Shown here piece after piece: positions 26,639-36,200 of a DNA stretch of 44,494 bases. The notes under the pieces were generated by a model. That model saw only the letters and a program-made list of their open reading frames with translations. It was not told the origin of the DNA and made no database searches. The stretch is from a virus (lineage: Duplodnaviria > Caudoviricetes). The translations under genes and the position numbers were made by a program. Positions within the stretch are counted from its first letter, which is position 1; each line of letters starts with the position of its first letter. The stretch covers positions 1 to 44,494 of IMG/VR virus record IMGVR_UViG_3300036719_002132, one strand, 5' to 3'.

Positions 26639-27019
26639 ATGCCTATCTATACCTACGAGCATCCAGAGACTGGTGAGACTGTAGACATCGTTCAAACCAT
26701 GAGCGAGGAACACTCATATACCGACGAGAACGGGCTTAAATGGAAAAGGGTGTTCCAAGTACCTATGGCATCATCAGACTCGCAAATAGACCCGAATGAT
26801 CCCAAGGCATTCGTTGACGCGACTCGCAACAAGAAAGGCACAATGGGCGACATGCTAGACAAGAGCCAAGAGCTTAGTCAGAAACGCGCCGACAAGAATG
26901 GCGGCGTAGATCCCGTCAAGGACAAGTTCTTCAAAGACTACTCAGCACAGCGCAAGGGCGCGAAGCACCCAGACGAAAAGAAGAAACTTAACTCTACTAA
27001 AATTAGCGTCGAGTATTAA
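26639..27019 (+). CDS. FmdB-like protein (zinc-ribbon cysteines absent)
   Basis: MPIYTYE...GE...QTMSE...WKRVF. Confidence 0.65.
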   Translation: MPIYTYEHPETGETVDIVQTMSEEHSYTDENGLKWKRVFQVPMASSDSQIDPNDPKAFVDATRNKKGTMGDMLDKSQELSQKRADKNGGVDPVKDKFFKDYSAQRKGAKHPDEKKKLNSTKISVEY

Positions 27020-30000
27020 CTTCCAAGCAATCCGTGATCGATTAAGTCGTCGAGTATAGCCTTTACGCGCTCGGCTAGTTGCTGAGTTGTAACGGTACTG
27101 GTATCGAAAGATGTTCTTGTTGCTGTTCCAGTTGCTGCTGTCCAGCCAGTTTTTCTTGTTCCGATAATTTTATTGAACTGGACGTAGTAATCTCCAGTTG
27201 TGTAATCGATTCTTGCTCTTTGTGTCGCGCCTTGGAAAACTCTTAGATTTACATCTTTAACATCAACTGCCGTCGTGACTCCAGCTTGAAAATATTGAGA
27301 TGAAATAGCGGAGCCGTTACTTAGAGTTAATCCGTTATACGCAAGAGCAGAAGAAACTGATCCAGCAGAAAAATTAATTCTAGAATTTACATTTCCAGAT
27401 ATCAAACTATAGTTGTATACGCCACCGCCAGATATATTGCTAACCGAAGAAGAACTGTCTATAGTTATTGTACCAGATCCGCTTGGGTTTGATAAGGTAA
27501 TTGTAGCGTCTGACGATAATGTAGTCGTTCTACTCGCTGTAGTATTAACTATTGAGCCAGATGTAATCGACCAATTTCCAATAGCTCCGCTAGTAGCTGT
27601 AATCGCACCAGCAGGAGTAACTCTAAATGGCGCTGTTGCTCTATTCGCGTAAGTTGATCCAGCGTAGAACGGATAGTCCAGTGGAGCCATACCAGAAGAC
27701 TGGGATGCCGTACCATTATCTTTCGCTAAATATACTGGATTAATCGTCCATCCACCAATATCTCCAGCTGTAGCGGTTACGGTGCCTTTAAAAGTCGCAT
27801 TTCCAGTAGCGGAACTGATAGAAAATGTAACCTCTGTTCCATTGGCACCAACAATACCTCCTCTATAAACGGCCACACCAGTTCCACTAGTATAAACACC
27901 GCTTGAATTCCAAGCGATTGTACCGCTTTTTACTGCTCCAGCGTAATCCGTTGTGCCAAAATCAAAATCACTTAATATCTTTTTAGATTCAGTGTTTAAT
28001 CTTGTAGTCACTAACTGCGAATTCGCATTAATAACAGCCGCAATTATACTAGCCAATCTTCCATCAACAGTAGAGTCTCCAGAGATTGTGCTAAGATTAA
28101 TAGCCGTACCAACTACTGTTAAAGCTGTTCCGTTCCAATAAAGATAAGCACCAGGAGACGCGCCACCGTGACCAATGAAAAATTGATATGCGCTATTAGC
28201 ATATCCTAAATAAAAACCTTTAGAGTTTGTCCCGCCGCCAAACGGGGGATTAAACGAAGCATTATAATCAATGTTGCCATTGATTCTTCCTGTTGTACCG
28301 ATTGTTAATCCGGTACTATTTATAGATACTGCGCTAGAAGCCGAACCGAAATAACCAGAAGTTGCGTTGACTGCTCCATTTACCGTTAAAACATTACTAG
28401 CAAAAGTAAGGCTTGCTCCTAAAGAAAAATTACCAGACGAGTCTGTATAGAACGAAGTATTGGTATTGTTATAAGCCCCAGTTCCGATGAAAATCTTTTG
28501 AGCGCCAGCGCTTGCATCTAAGGTCACAGTACCAGAAGTAATTTTATTCGAAGTGATCGCCCAACCAGCAGCAGTTCCTCCGATATAACCAGAAGTTGCG
28601 CGAATCTCTCCCTGTACAGTCAAAGTATTAACGTCAAACTTTACAAACGATCCAGAGCCGCTTAAATCGCCAACACCGAATCTAGAAGTTGTGCCTAACG
28701 TCGTTCCCTCTAAGTAAAATCCTTGGCCAGTCGTAAAGTTAGTCACGCCAGCGCTTTTAATTACGCCACCACCAGTTATCGTTAAAGTCTTAGCGTCGAT
28801 TGTGCCAGTAGAAATTCTGTCAGCAATAACTTCTCTAATTTTTGCAGAATCGATTGCTGCATTTTTGATATAAGCCGATCCGATAACTGCATTTGCAATA
28901 GCGTTCCAAGCCAAGTCATAAGCGCCATTTACGTTTGTGGCGATCATGAACATTGAATCTGTTAAGACAGGATAATCATTTGGCGATGTCGTTCCCGTTA
29001 CAATAAAAGTATTGTATGTTATTGAACTGCCAGAAACAGGAATCGTCGCATATACATAAGCGACTCTTTGCCCAGCTATTTCGCTGCTAGCTGTAACGCT
29101 GCCAGAGGCAACCGTGTATTTTACACCGCGATAGTAAAGAAAATGGCTATTCCAAGAAACTGTATAAGTTACAAGATTGCTAGTCCAACTATCGCCTTCT
29201 AAAACGATAGTGTTATTATACATCTTTGTCGCATTAATCGCAAAGTCAGCAACATCAGTCTGCTGAACTGTTCCTGGTGTTGTTGTGGCAACATTAGATG
29301 GAAACGCGCTAACGTTTCCAGAATAGTCCACTGCGGTTAACCAGTAGTAATAAGTTTCTCCTTGAACAGTGGTTGTGTCTGTAAACGCATCTGCATATCC
29401 ATCGAAAACAGAAGATACATTTGACGTTAAGGTCGTGATCGCATTAGTTCTGGTATAGGTTTCAGATCCTGTTCCTGTGCCTATTGAGTAAGCAAACTGC
29501 GTTGGACTTAAAACTGTTACCGTTTTTTCGCCGTTTGGATTTAACGTTCCAGAAAGACCAACAACCGTTACCGAATTACCGCTCGAAAATCCGTGCGCTG
29601 ATGATGTTGTTATAGTAACCGTTACTCCGCTTCTGGTTGCGGCTGAAATAGATCTTACTCCAGAGGCAGAAATTGGTCTATATAGTTTAACATAAGCCAG
29701 ATCCTTGTCAGAAGGATTGACCCAAGTTACAAAAGCCGATCTTATAGCCGATGTAGCCGAAGCGTTTGTCGGAGCCGATGGTGCCGTCGAATCCTTAGAA
29801 CTTAAAATTACATTCGTGTTATTTAGCTCTGTATATGTCGATGAGTTACTGTCGGCATCAATAGCGCGAACTCTTACTTCATAGTATGTATTGGCTACTA
29901 CTGTCCATTCTTTTGTAACCTTACCATCCGAACCTACGCTTCCTTCGGCTGGCGTCAAATCGACAACTTCTGAAAAAACTTGAGCTACGCTATAACCAGT

Positions 30001-30351
30001 TAAAACACCACCCCCATCAAACGTTGGAGTTCCACTTGCGCGTCTAATATACCAAGCATAAAAAGCCAAATCTTCTTCTGTATTTGGGGTTATTTTCCCA
30101 CGAATAACAACGCGCTCTGTTCCATCCTCCATTATTTCGGATGCGGTAGTTACCGCCAAGTCACTCGGGACAGCTGGAGCATCGCCAATGTCGCCTCCCC
30201 CACCAACAACGAGTTCAGAAAAACCAGGGCTGTTCGCGAAGTTATCTCTAGAGATCCGCTTCGTCTTCTTTGTGGAAGCTTGAAGAAACAAGATCTGATC
30301 TTGAGAATCTATGCGCGTTGCCTCTGGAACGTCTGTTATTCTTTTGCTCAT
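27016..30351 (-). CDS. Tail fibre / host-specificity protein
   Basis: FN3-like modules (YYEVRVRAID; YYYWLTAVDYSGNVS), a TVTITTSSAHGF insert, Gly/Ser/Thr-rich ATxG.IG.W.I repeats, C-terminal GWTAATGT...HGLLG. Confidence 0.85.
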   Translation of the reverse strand: MSKRITDVPEATRIDSQDQILFLQASTKKTKRISRDNFANSPGFSELVVGGGGDIGDAPAVPSDLAVTTASEIMEDGTERVVIRGKITPNTEEDLAFYAWYIRRASGTPTFDGGGVLTGYSVAQVFSEVVDLTPAEGSVGSDGKVTKEWTVVANTYYEVRVRAIDADSNSSTYTELNNTNVILSSKDSTAPSAPTNASATSAIRSAFVTWVNPSDKDLAYVKLYRPISASGVRSISAATRSGVTVTITTSSAHGFSSGNSVTVVGLSGTLNPNGEKTVTVLSPTQFAYSIGTGTGSETYTRTNAITTLTSNVSSVFDGYADAFTDTTTVQGETYYYWLTAVDYSGNVSAFPSNVATTTPGTVQQTDVADFAINATKMYNNTIVLEGDSWTSNLVTYTVSWNSHFLYYRGVKYTVASGSVTASSEIAGQRVAYVYATIPVSGSSITYNTFIVTGTTSPNDYPVLTDSMFMIATNVNGAYDLAWNAIANAVIGSAYIKNAAIDSAKIREVIADRISTGTIDAKTLTITGGGVIKSAGVTNFTTGQGFYLEGTTLGTTSRFGVGDLSGSGSFVKFDVNTLTVQGEIRATSGYIGGTAAGWAITSNKITSGTVTLDASAGAQKIFIGTGAYNNTNTSFYTDSSGNFSLGASLTFASNVLTVNGAVNATSGYFGSASSAVSINSTGLTIGTTGRINGNIDYNASFNPPFGGGTNSKGFYLGYANSAYQFFIGHGGASPGAYLYWNGTALTVVGTAINLSTISGDSTVDGRLASIIAAVINANSQLVTTRLNTESKKILSDFDFGTTDYAGAVKSGTIAWNSSGVYTSGTGVAVYRGGIVGANGTEVTFSISSATGNATFKGTVTATAGDIGGWTINPVYLAKDNGTASQSSGMAPLDYPFYAGSTYANRATAPFRVTPAGAITATSGAIGNWSITSGSIVNTTASRTTTLSSDATITLSNPSGSGTITIDSSSSVSNISGGGVYNYSLISGNVNSRINFSAGSVSSALAYNGLTLSNGSAISSQYFQAGVTTAVDVKDVNLRVFQGATQRARIDYTTGDYYVQFNKIIGTRKTGWTAATGTATRTSFDTSTVTTQQLAERVKAILDDLIDHGLLGS

Positions 30352-30366
30352 TCTTAATACTTTACA

Positions 30367-31524
30367 TTAAGGATTGATCGATTCGTTGATATAAACGGAA
30401 CTAAGTGTCGGAATTCCGAACGATCCAGACATTAGGATTCCAGTCGTTGGCGAGACTTCAAATGACCAGCTTGTTTGAACTATTGACCTATCTCCGATTT
30501 GAGCGCCAATCGAGTACGAATCTAGCCTCGCATTTTGAATTTTTATTCCCAATTTTTCAATATTATTGGGGTTTTTGAACATGATATTGAAGTCGTAACC
30601 GCTCGTTGCTACGTCTTCGGCCTTGAACGATTCGGCTAAATTCTCTGCCTGAAACGTATCGACTAGCGAATCGACCGACATTGTTGCGACTACTGGGATC
30701 TGAATCTTGCGCGTTGTCGGATAGTTGCTGCCGAATCCGTAAAGAGCCTTTCGCTCAAATGGCAACGATAGCTGAAACGACTGGAAGTTATCAAAATCAA
30801 AACCGAACTTCATACCCGAAACGGTAGTTGAAGTTGTGCTTATCGAAGCTCCGTTGAACGAGCAGCCGCTATCGAATACGTTCTTAAACCCAGTGATGTA
30901 TCTCGACGAGCGCGAATTATCCAAGAAGTCGATTCCGTACTGTACATTATCCATCTCTGCCGTTTCGCCAGTGTTACCAACGTTGACCGCAGGAACGTAT
31001 CTGCTGTTCGTATAATTTGTTATACTCGCGTTCGCGGCTGCGAATGTGCAGTTTACGCTAGCCATTCCACCTACCGACAAAGCGATCTCGTAGCTAGTGA
31101 TAAATGCATTACCGATTCCAAGTACATTGTAGTCTTGTGCAGACGTATCGGCGTTCGCATCTTGATACTGGTCTTGTGAAATCAAGACATAGAAATTCTT
31201 ATCGCCAGTACTTGAGAAAACGGTCTGCAACGGGTTTGAATACGCGCCTGTAGTAAAGTCTAGGCCGATATATTTTTCATTCCATCCATCGTTCAAAAGA
31301 TACGATAGGTTCAACTCAACGTCTGGCGCTAGCTGCGTTTGTCTTGAAGCGAATTGATTTGAGCCGACTTGTTTTAACGCCTGACGATCAACGCTAAACG
31401 AAAAGTCATACGACTGGATGAAGTCTAGGCGCGAAATTTTTTGTCCAGTATTAGACGCTGCTTCGAAAGCTCCGTTAGAGCCAACGAACATCATTTGCAT
31501 CTCGTATGAAATAGAGTTTCTCAT
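30367..31524 (-). CDS. Tail tube protein paralogue (baseplate tube-like)
   Basis: Aligns by eye with 43932..44494 (QSYDFSFSVDRQ; GIGNAFITSY); internal duplication. Confidence 0.7.
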   Translation of the reverse strand: MRNSISYEMQMMFVGSNGAFEAASNTGQKISRLDFIQSYDFSFSVDRQALKQVGSNQFASRQTQLAPDVELNLSYLLNDGWNEKYIGLDFTTGAYSNPLQTVFSSTGDKNFYVLISQDQYQDANADTSAQDYNVLGIGNAFITSYEIALSVGGMASVNCTFAAANASITNYTNSRYVPAVNVGNTGETAEMDNVQYGIDFLDNSRSSRYITGFKNVFDSGCSFNGASISTTSTTVSGMKFGFDFDNFQSFQLSLPFERKALYGFGSNYPTTRKIQIPVVATMSVDSLVDTFQAENLAESFKAEDVATSGYDFNIMFKNPNNIEKLGIKIQNARLDSYSIGAQIGDRSIVQTSWSFEVSPTTGILMSGSFGIPTLSSVYINESINP

Positions 31525-32489
31525 TAGTATGACTTTCTAACGCCGAGAGGATCTTCCTCTATCGTTACCGAGATATCGTTAACGTTTTTGTAAACCATCG
31601 TGTGCGACCAACGCGACGAGAAGAAGAATTTATTCTGATTATAAATCTTCGGAATCTTGTATTGAAATCTTCTAAAGCCCTGCTTCGAAATCAAGAAGTG
31701 CAAGATGCAGCGAGCCTCCTTGTCGGAAACGCCTCTAAACTCCAGATTAAAAGATTTTAAAGTATTTGAGTGCAAACCAAAATCGGTGCGTTTCGTGTAC
31801 GAGTAAGGAAGTTCAGTTTTGACAACTGCCGTTTCTTTTTCGACTCTCGCAGAATATGTCGGCTGGAAGAAGAAGTCTCTCGTCCATTTGTTATTTGCCA
31901 TATTTGACAAACTAAAACTCGCGTCTGAAGTATGATCGCCCGTGCAATAGTAGAACGAATCGTAAAGATTGCTCATGTTGCTAGGAAAAGTCGCGTTGCC
32001 CGTATATTTGACTATATCGTATTCAACATAGCTCGTTGAAGTTGCCCAGTCGCCTTTTACGTTGGCCGTTTGCAACATCAGCGGATTGTTCCAGTTCAAA
32101 AGCGTAGAAATCTGATCGGAGTTTAAAACAGCATTGACTGTATACAAGTCGTTCTTGTCAAACGAAGCACCGAAGTTATTTGCAAATAGATTAATCGGTT
32201 TGTAAAAAGATGCTGGATCTGTATACTGAAAATACCCAGTTCCATTCAAACTTTCAAAGTAGCCAACTATTTGCCGAGCCTGCTCTTCTTTACGATTGTC
32301 GAAATTCATCTGAAACTCTAGCTGCAAGTGATTTGCGCCCTTCGGCATCGTGTAGACGTAATTATCGGTCGTCTCGTATTGCGACAAATCTGCATTAAAC
32401 GATACGGTCGTTCCGTATGACGGCTTGAATGCGAAAGCCGCTGGTATTGAACCAGTTACATTTTGATCTCTATCGTAAAGGAACGACAT
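31524..32489 (-). CDS. Distal/minor tail protein: two lambda gpM-like domains plus a carbohydrate-binding-like insert
   Basis: F.P(S/T)Y...Y....G.....F.(M/L).F.....AR.I..(Y/F)....G...FQY occurs twice; insert W...TSY...DIVKY...YYC..DHTS. Confidence 0.7.
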   Translation of the reverse strand: MSFLYDRDQNVTGSIPAAFAFKPSYGTTVSFNADLSQYETTDNYVYTMPKGANHLQLEFQMNFDNRKEEQARQIVGYFESLNGTGYFQYTDPASFYKPINLFANNFGASFDKNDLYTVNAVLNSDQISTLLNWNNPLMLQTANVKGDWATSTSYVEYDIVKYTGNATFPSNMSNLYDSFYYCTGDHTSDASFSLSNMANNKWTRDFFFQPTYSARVEKETAVVKTELPYSYTKRTDFGLHSNTLKSFNLEFRGVSDKEARCILHFLISKQGFRRFQYKIPKIYNQNKFFFSSRWSHTMVYKNVNDISVTIEEDPLGVRKSY

Positions 32490-33259
32490 TAGATGAATCC
32501 TTGATAGTTTAGAGTCAGCGTCAGATCGTCTGTAGCTGAACTATTCATAGTTTCTCCTATTAGCTCCATGTTTGCCATTGTGAACGAGGCCAAAGACCCT
32601 ATAGTTATATTAACATTTCGCTTGTTTGAGTCTATAACATAATCAAAAAGTCTTTTCGATTCGTAATCATCGACCGCGATTGTAAACTGGGCGTTTACTT
32701 TAAATGGTCTATTCGACACAACGTCTATCGCGCCAGAGCCAGTCGGGTGATAGAAAGCCTGTCTGTTGCACTCAAGAGAGTAGGTAAAAGCCTCGATTCT
32801 ATTCGTACCCGACCCGTCACACTGTATTAGGATATCGGCTGGTCTAACGACCGACAGCTTACCAGTTTCAGCCGCGCCAGTCTGGGCCAATCCAGTGCCA
32901 ACGTCACCAAACAAAGCAAAGTCTGCACTAACGCTCGGAAAGTTACCAACCGCACAAGAAACCGAGTAAGAGGTTAAATAAGCTGAACGAAAAGAAAAAT
33001 TCTTACTATTATAGAATAAACCGCCACTTATTGGCGCTTGACCAGTCATTTTTAGCAAAAAGTCATTTGGCGACAAGTACTTTTGTACGCTCAAACTAGA
33101 CTGCGGCACTCCGTTTGTAAATGTGGCAAACCTACCGTAGCCAATCACGTTTAAGTGCTCAACTGGTAGCGAATAGCCAAAGTTTACATCCGAGACCCCA
33201 AAAATCTTGAGGCCGCTGAGATATAGACTATTTTCATAATTTGAGATCGATGATTTCAT
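32489..33259 (-). CDS. Tail tube protein paralogue
   Basis: AYLTSYSVSCAVGNFPSVS versus GFITNYSVEASVGNLPTVS in the major tube protein; directly after the TMP. Confidence 0.7.
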   Translation of the reverse strand: MKSSISNYENSLYLSGLKIFGVSDVNFGYSLPVEHLNVIGYGRFATFTNGVPQSSLSVQKYLSPNDFLLKMTGQAPISGGLFYNSKNFSFRSAYLTSYSVSCAVGNFPSVSADFALFGDVGTGLAQTGAAETGKLSVVRPADILIQCDGSGTNRIEAFTYSLECNRQAFYHPTGSGAIDVVSNRPFKVNAQFTIAVDDYESKRLFDYVIDSNKRNVNITIGSLASFTMANMELIGETMNSSATDDLTLTLNYQGFI

Positions 33260-36200
33260 TATCTACTTCTCAGTGAGCCGCCAAGACGCTTCTCTTCGTT
33301 GATCGTTTGGATAACAACCTGACGGATCTGGTCGCCCATCTTCTTGTAATCGATGCCGCCGCGAGTCGTCTCGCCTTGGGTTTGGGTTTCGGTTGCGCCG
33401 CCGTTTGTAACGTTGATATTGATGCTGATGTTCGAACCAGCGGTCGTTTCGAGCTTCGATGACAAGTTATCAAACTTGTCACCAAGAGACGTGTCGGTTT
33501 CGGTCGAAACCATACCGCCATTTGCGAATCTTGGAGCGCGACCTTGATTGATGGCGTCAAAGAATTGTTTGCCATACTTTCTTGTGGACTGGCGACTCAT
33601 GACATATTCGCCACCCATAAGAAGAGCAGGAATGTCATCAGTTGGACCGCCTGCGGCATAACGCGGCATCAATCCACCATAAGCTTTATACGGCACGCCT
33701 TTAACAATCGACGAGGTAAACTTGCCAAAAGCCATCGGGCCACTAGCAGAAGTGCCTAGTGTATTTTTAAAATTTTTAGCCGACGCCAAACCAACACCGC
33801 CAGATTTGATTGTCGATGGAGGCTGCGATGTTTTAGCTCCACCCATCAAGCTATTAACTCCAAAATTTAATGCGGCAGCAGCCACAGTACTAAAGAGCTG
33901 TTGTTGGAAAGCTTTTCTTTGTTGTGTTCTATACTGTTCACGCTCACGAATAATTCCAAGAGCCTGTTCTTGTGCGGAACGAATTTCTTGATTGATCGTG
34001 TCGTCGTTTAGCAATCCGAATCTAGAAAGTCTTGCGCTCTGATCTTCTAGATCGATGAATGCAGAAGACGCCCCACCGCGCATAATATCTGTTGCACCAC
34101 TTGTAGTTGTTTGCTTTGCGAAACGGGTAAGATCACCATAGCCTACAATATCGCGACCCCCACGAACACCAGGCAGGAAGATGCCGCCATCGTTCATCTT
34201 TGCGAGATTTTCCATTCCGTACTTTTGTACGGCAGACTTTCTCATTACGAACTCGCCGCCAGTTAACATTGCCGGAACATCATCTTTATATCCGCTTCCC
34301 CCAATGACTGGACCGCCGCCAGCGTACTTTTTAACTATGCCGCCGTTAGATCCAGAAAACAATGATCCCAACCCTTTTGTTATATTTGTCGCGGCTCCTT
34401 GTAAAAATTGACCTTGTAGTGTTTGTAGGAAGTTTCTTGCAACGTTTTGTAAAGCATCGCCAAGATTATCCGTTTGAGATATTGCTGCGTTTAGCGCTTC
34501 AGATAAGCCGTCTCTAAACGCAAATGTAGTACTTTTTGCTAAATTTTCAGTAAAGTCTTCGCTTTCAACTTGAAGCTCATCTAGTGCAGTTGCTACGCCT
34601 GCTCCAACGCGAGAGCGTTCTCTTATTTTTGCGATTTCTAATTGACGATCTCTACGCTTTTCTTCTATATTTAAAAGCTGTAAAGCTATTTGCTTTTCTT
34701 GTTCCGATAAATTTAAATTCTCTTTTATAGCCTTAGTTGAGTCCGATAGTTTAATCGACAATTCTCCATAAAGCTTAATTGTATCTAGGGTAAGACCCTC
34801 AAACTCCTGTGACCCAAAGGCTGATTTATACTTTCCCGAAAGCTCATCTATACTTTTAGCTTGGCTTGCAAAAAGAACCAATCTGTCTTGTTCTGTCTTC
34901 GAAAAAAACGAACTATCTCTTACTATGTCTACGAATTTTGATTTGGCCTGATCTAAAGAGCTTTGCTGATCTATTGCATATTTCGCTTCTATCTGATTTC
35001 TTTGTTTTAGAAAATCAAGCTCCTTAGTCAGTTCTAAAATCCTTCTAGATTGCGTTGGAGATACAGTTCCTCGTTGCGCTATGCCAGAACGCAGTTGTTC
35101 GATCTGCAACTGAAGACCACTTTCTTGTGTAAAATTAGCCCGTTCTTTTTGTATTTTTTGTATTTCTCTTAGCGTCTGCGCTTGCTGGCTTAACCTTTCG
35201 TTTTGCGCTTCAAAAAGTTTAAGAGTGCTGTCGGCTTCAATTAAAGCCGTTTCAGTAATTTTCGTTCTTTCAACCAAGCCTCTCGTTCTTTCTTTTTCTA
35301 ATGCTGTGGCAATAGCCAACTTCCTCGCTTCTCTATTTATAGTGCTTGCATTTTGTATACCTAGATTCTTAATAATTTCTGCATTGTCGGCAATCTGTCC
35401 TCCGGTTTTTAAAACTTTTCTTAATGCATCTGCCTGCTCTAGAGTAATGGAGGCTAGGCCATTTTCTTCAGCTATGCGCTCAATAGAGCTATCCAAAGCG
35501 TCTCTTTGTTTTTGCGTAGACTCTTCTCTAATATTTTCAATTTTATTTTGAAGATCTAATTCTTGTTTTTGAAAATCATTTAAATTAGCCGCATTTTTAA
35601 TTTGTTCCGCATTTAGCAAGGCTCTTGTCTTTAGGCGTTCGTTATCTCCTTTTAAAACACTTAAAGAAATTTCTTGAAACGCACGCTCTAATGCAACCAT
35701 TCTTTCAGTTTCTTCGGCCATCTTTTTCTGTTCTTTGGCAATTCTGTCTCTATTATTAGCGATACTTCGAGTAATTTCATCTATTGCGGCCTGAGTGGTT
35801 TCCTCTTTTGCCACCGCAGCATTTAATTGCTTTTCAAGATCTAATCTTTCGTTTTGTAAACGAACCTCTTCTTCGCTTTGTGTATATACAGGAGCCGCAG
35901 CAAGGTCACCGTAAAATGCAAAAGGACCAGACTGCGCTTTCGAAAGATCTTGTTGATTTTGTGCAATGGCTTTTCCTATTCTCTCTACCTCATCTATTTC
36001 TTTTTTTTGTTTTTCGAGCGCTCTTACTTTCTGTTCATCTAAATTTAGACTAGAAGCACTAATATTATTTAATTCTCGGTTAGACTCTTCAATTGCCTTC
36101 GAAGTTATAGCTTGTCTTTTAGCCTCTCTCGACGCTTCTAGTTCTTGAAAAATTCCAATTCCGCCACCGACGACAGCACCCGCAATACCAGCGTATCCAG

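Noticed and set aside
27016-30351. Diversity-generating retroelement or invertible tail-fibre cassette
   Set aside because: No reverse transcriptase, invertase or duplicated template/variable repeat visible in this window
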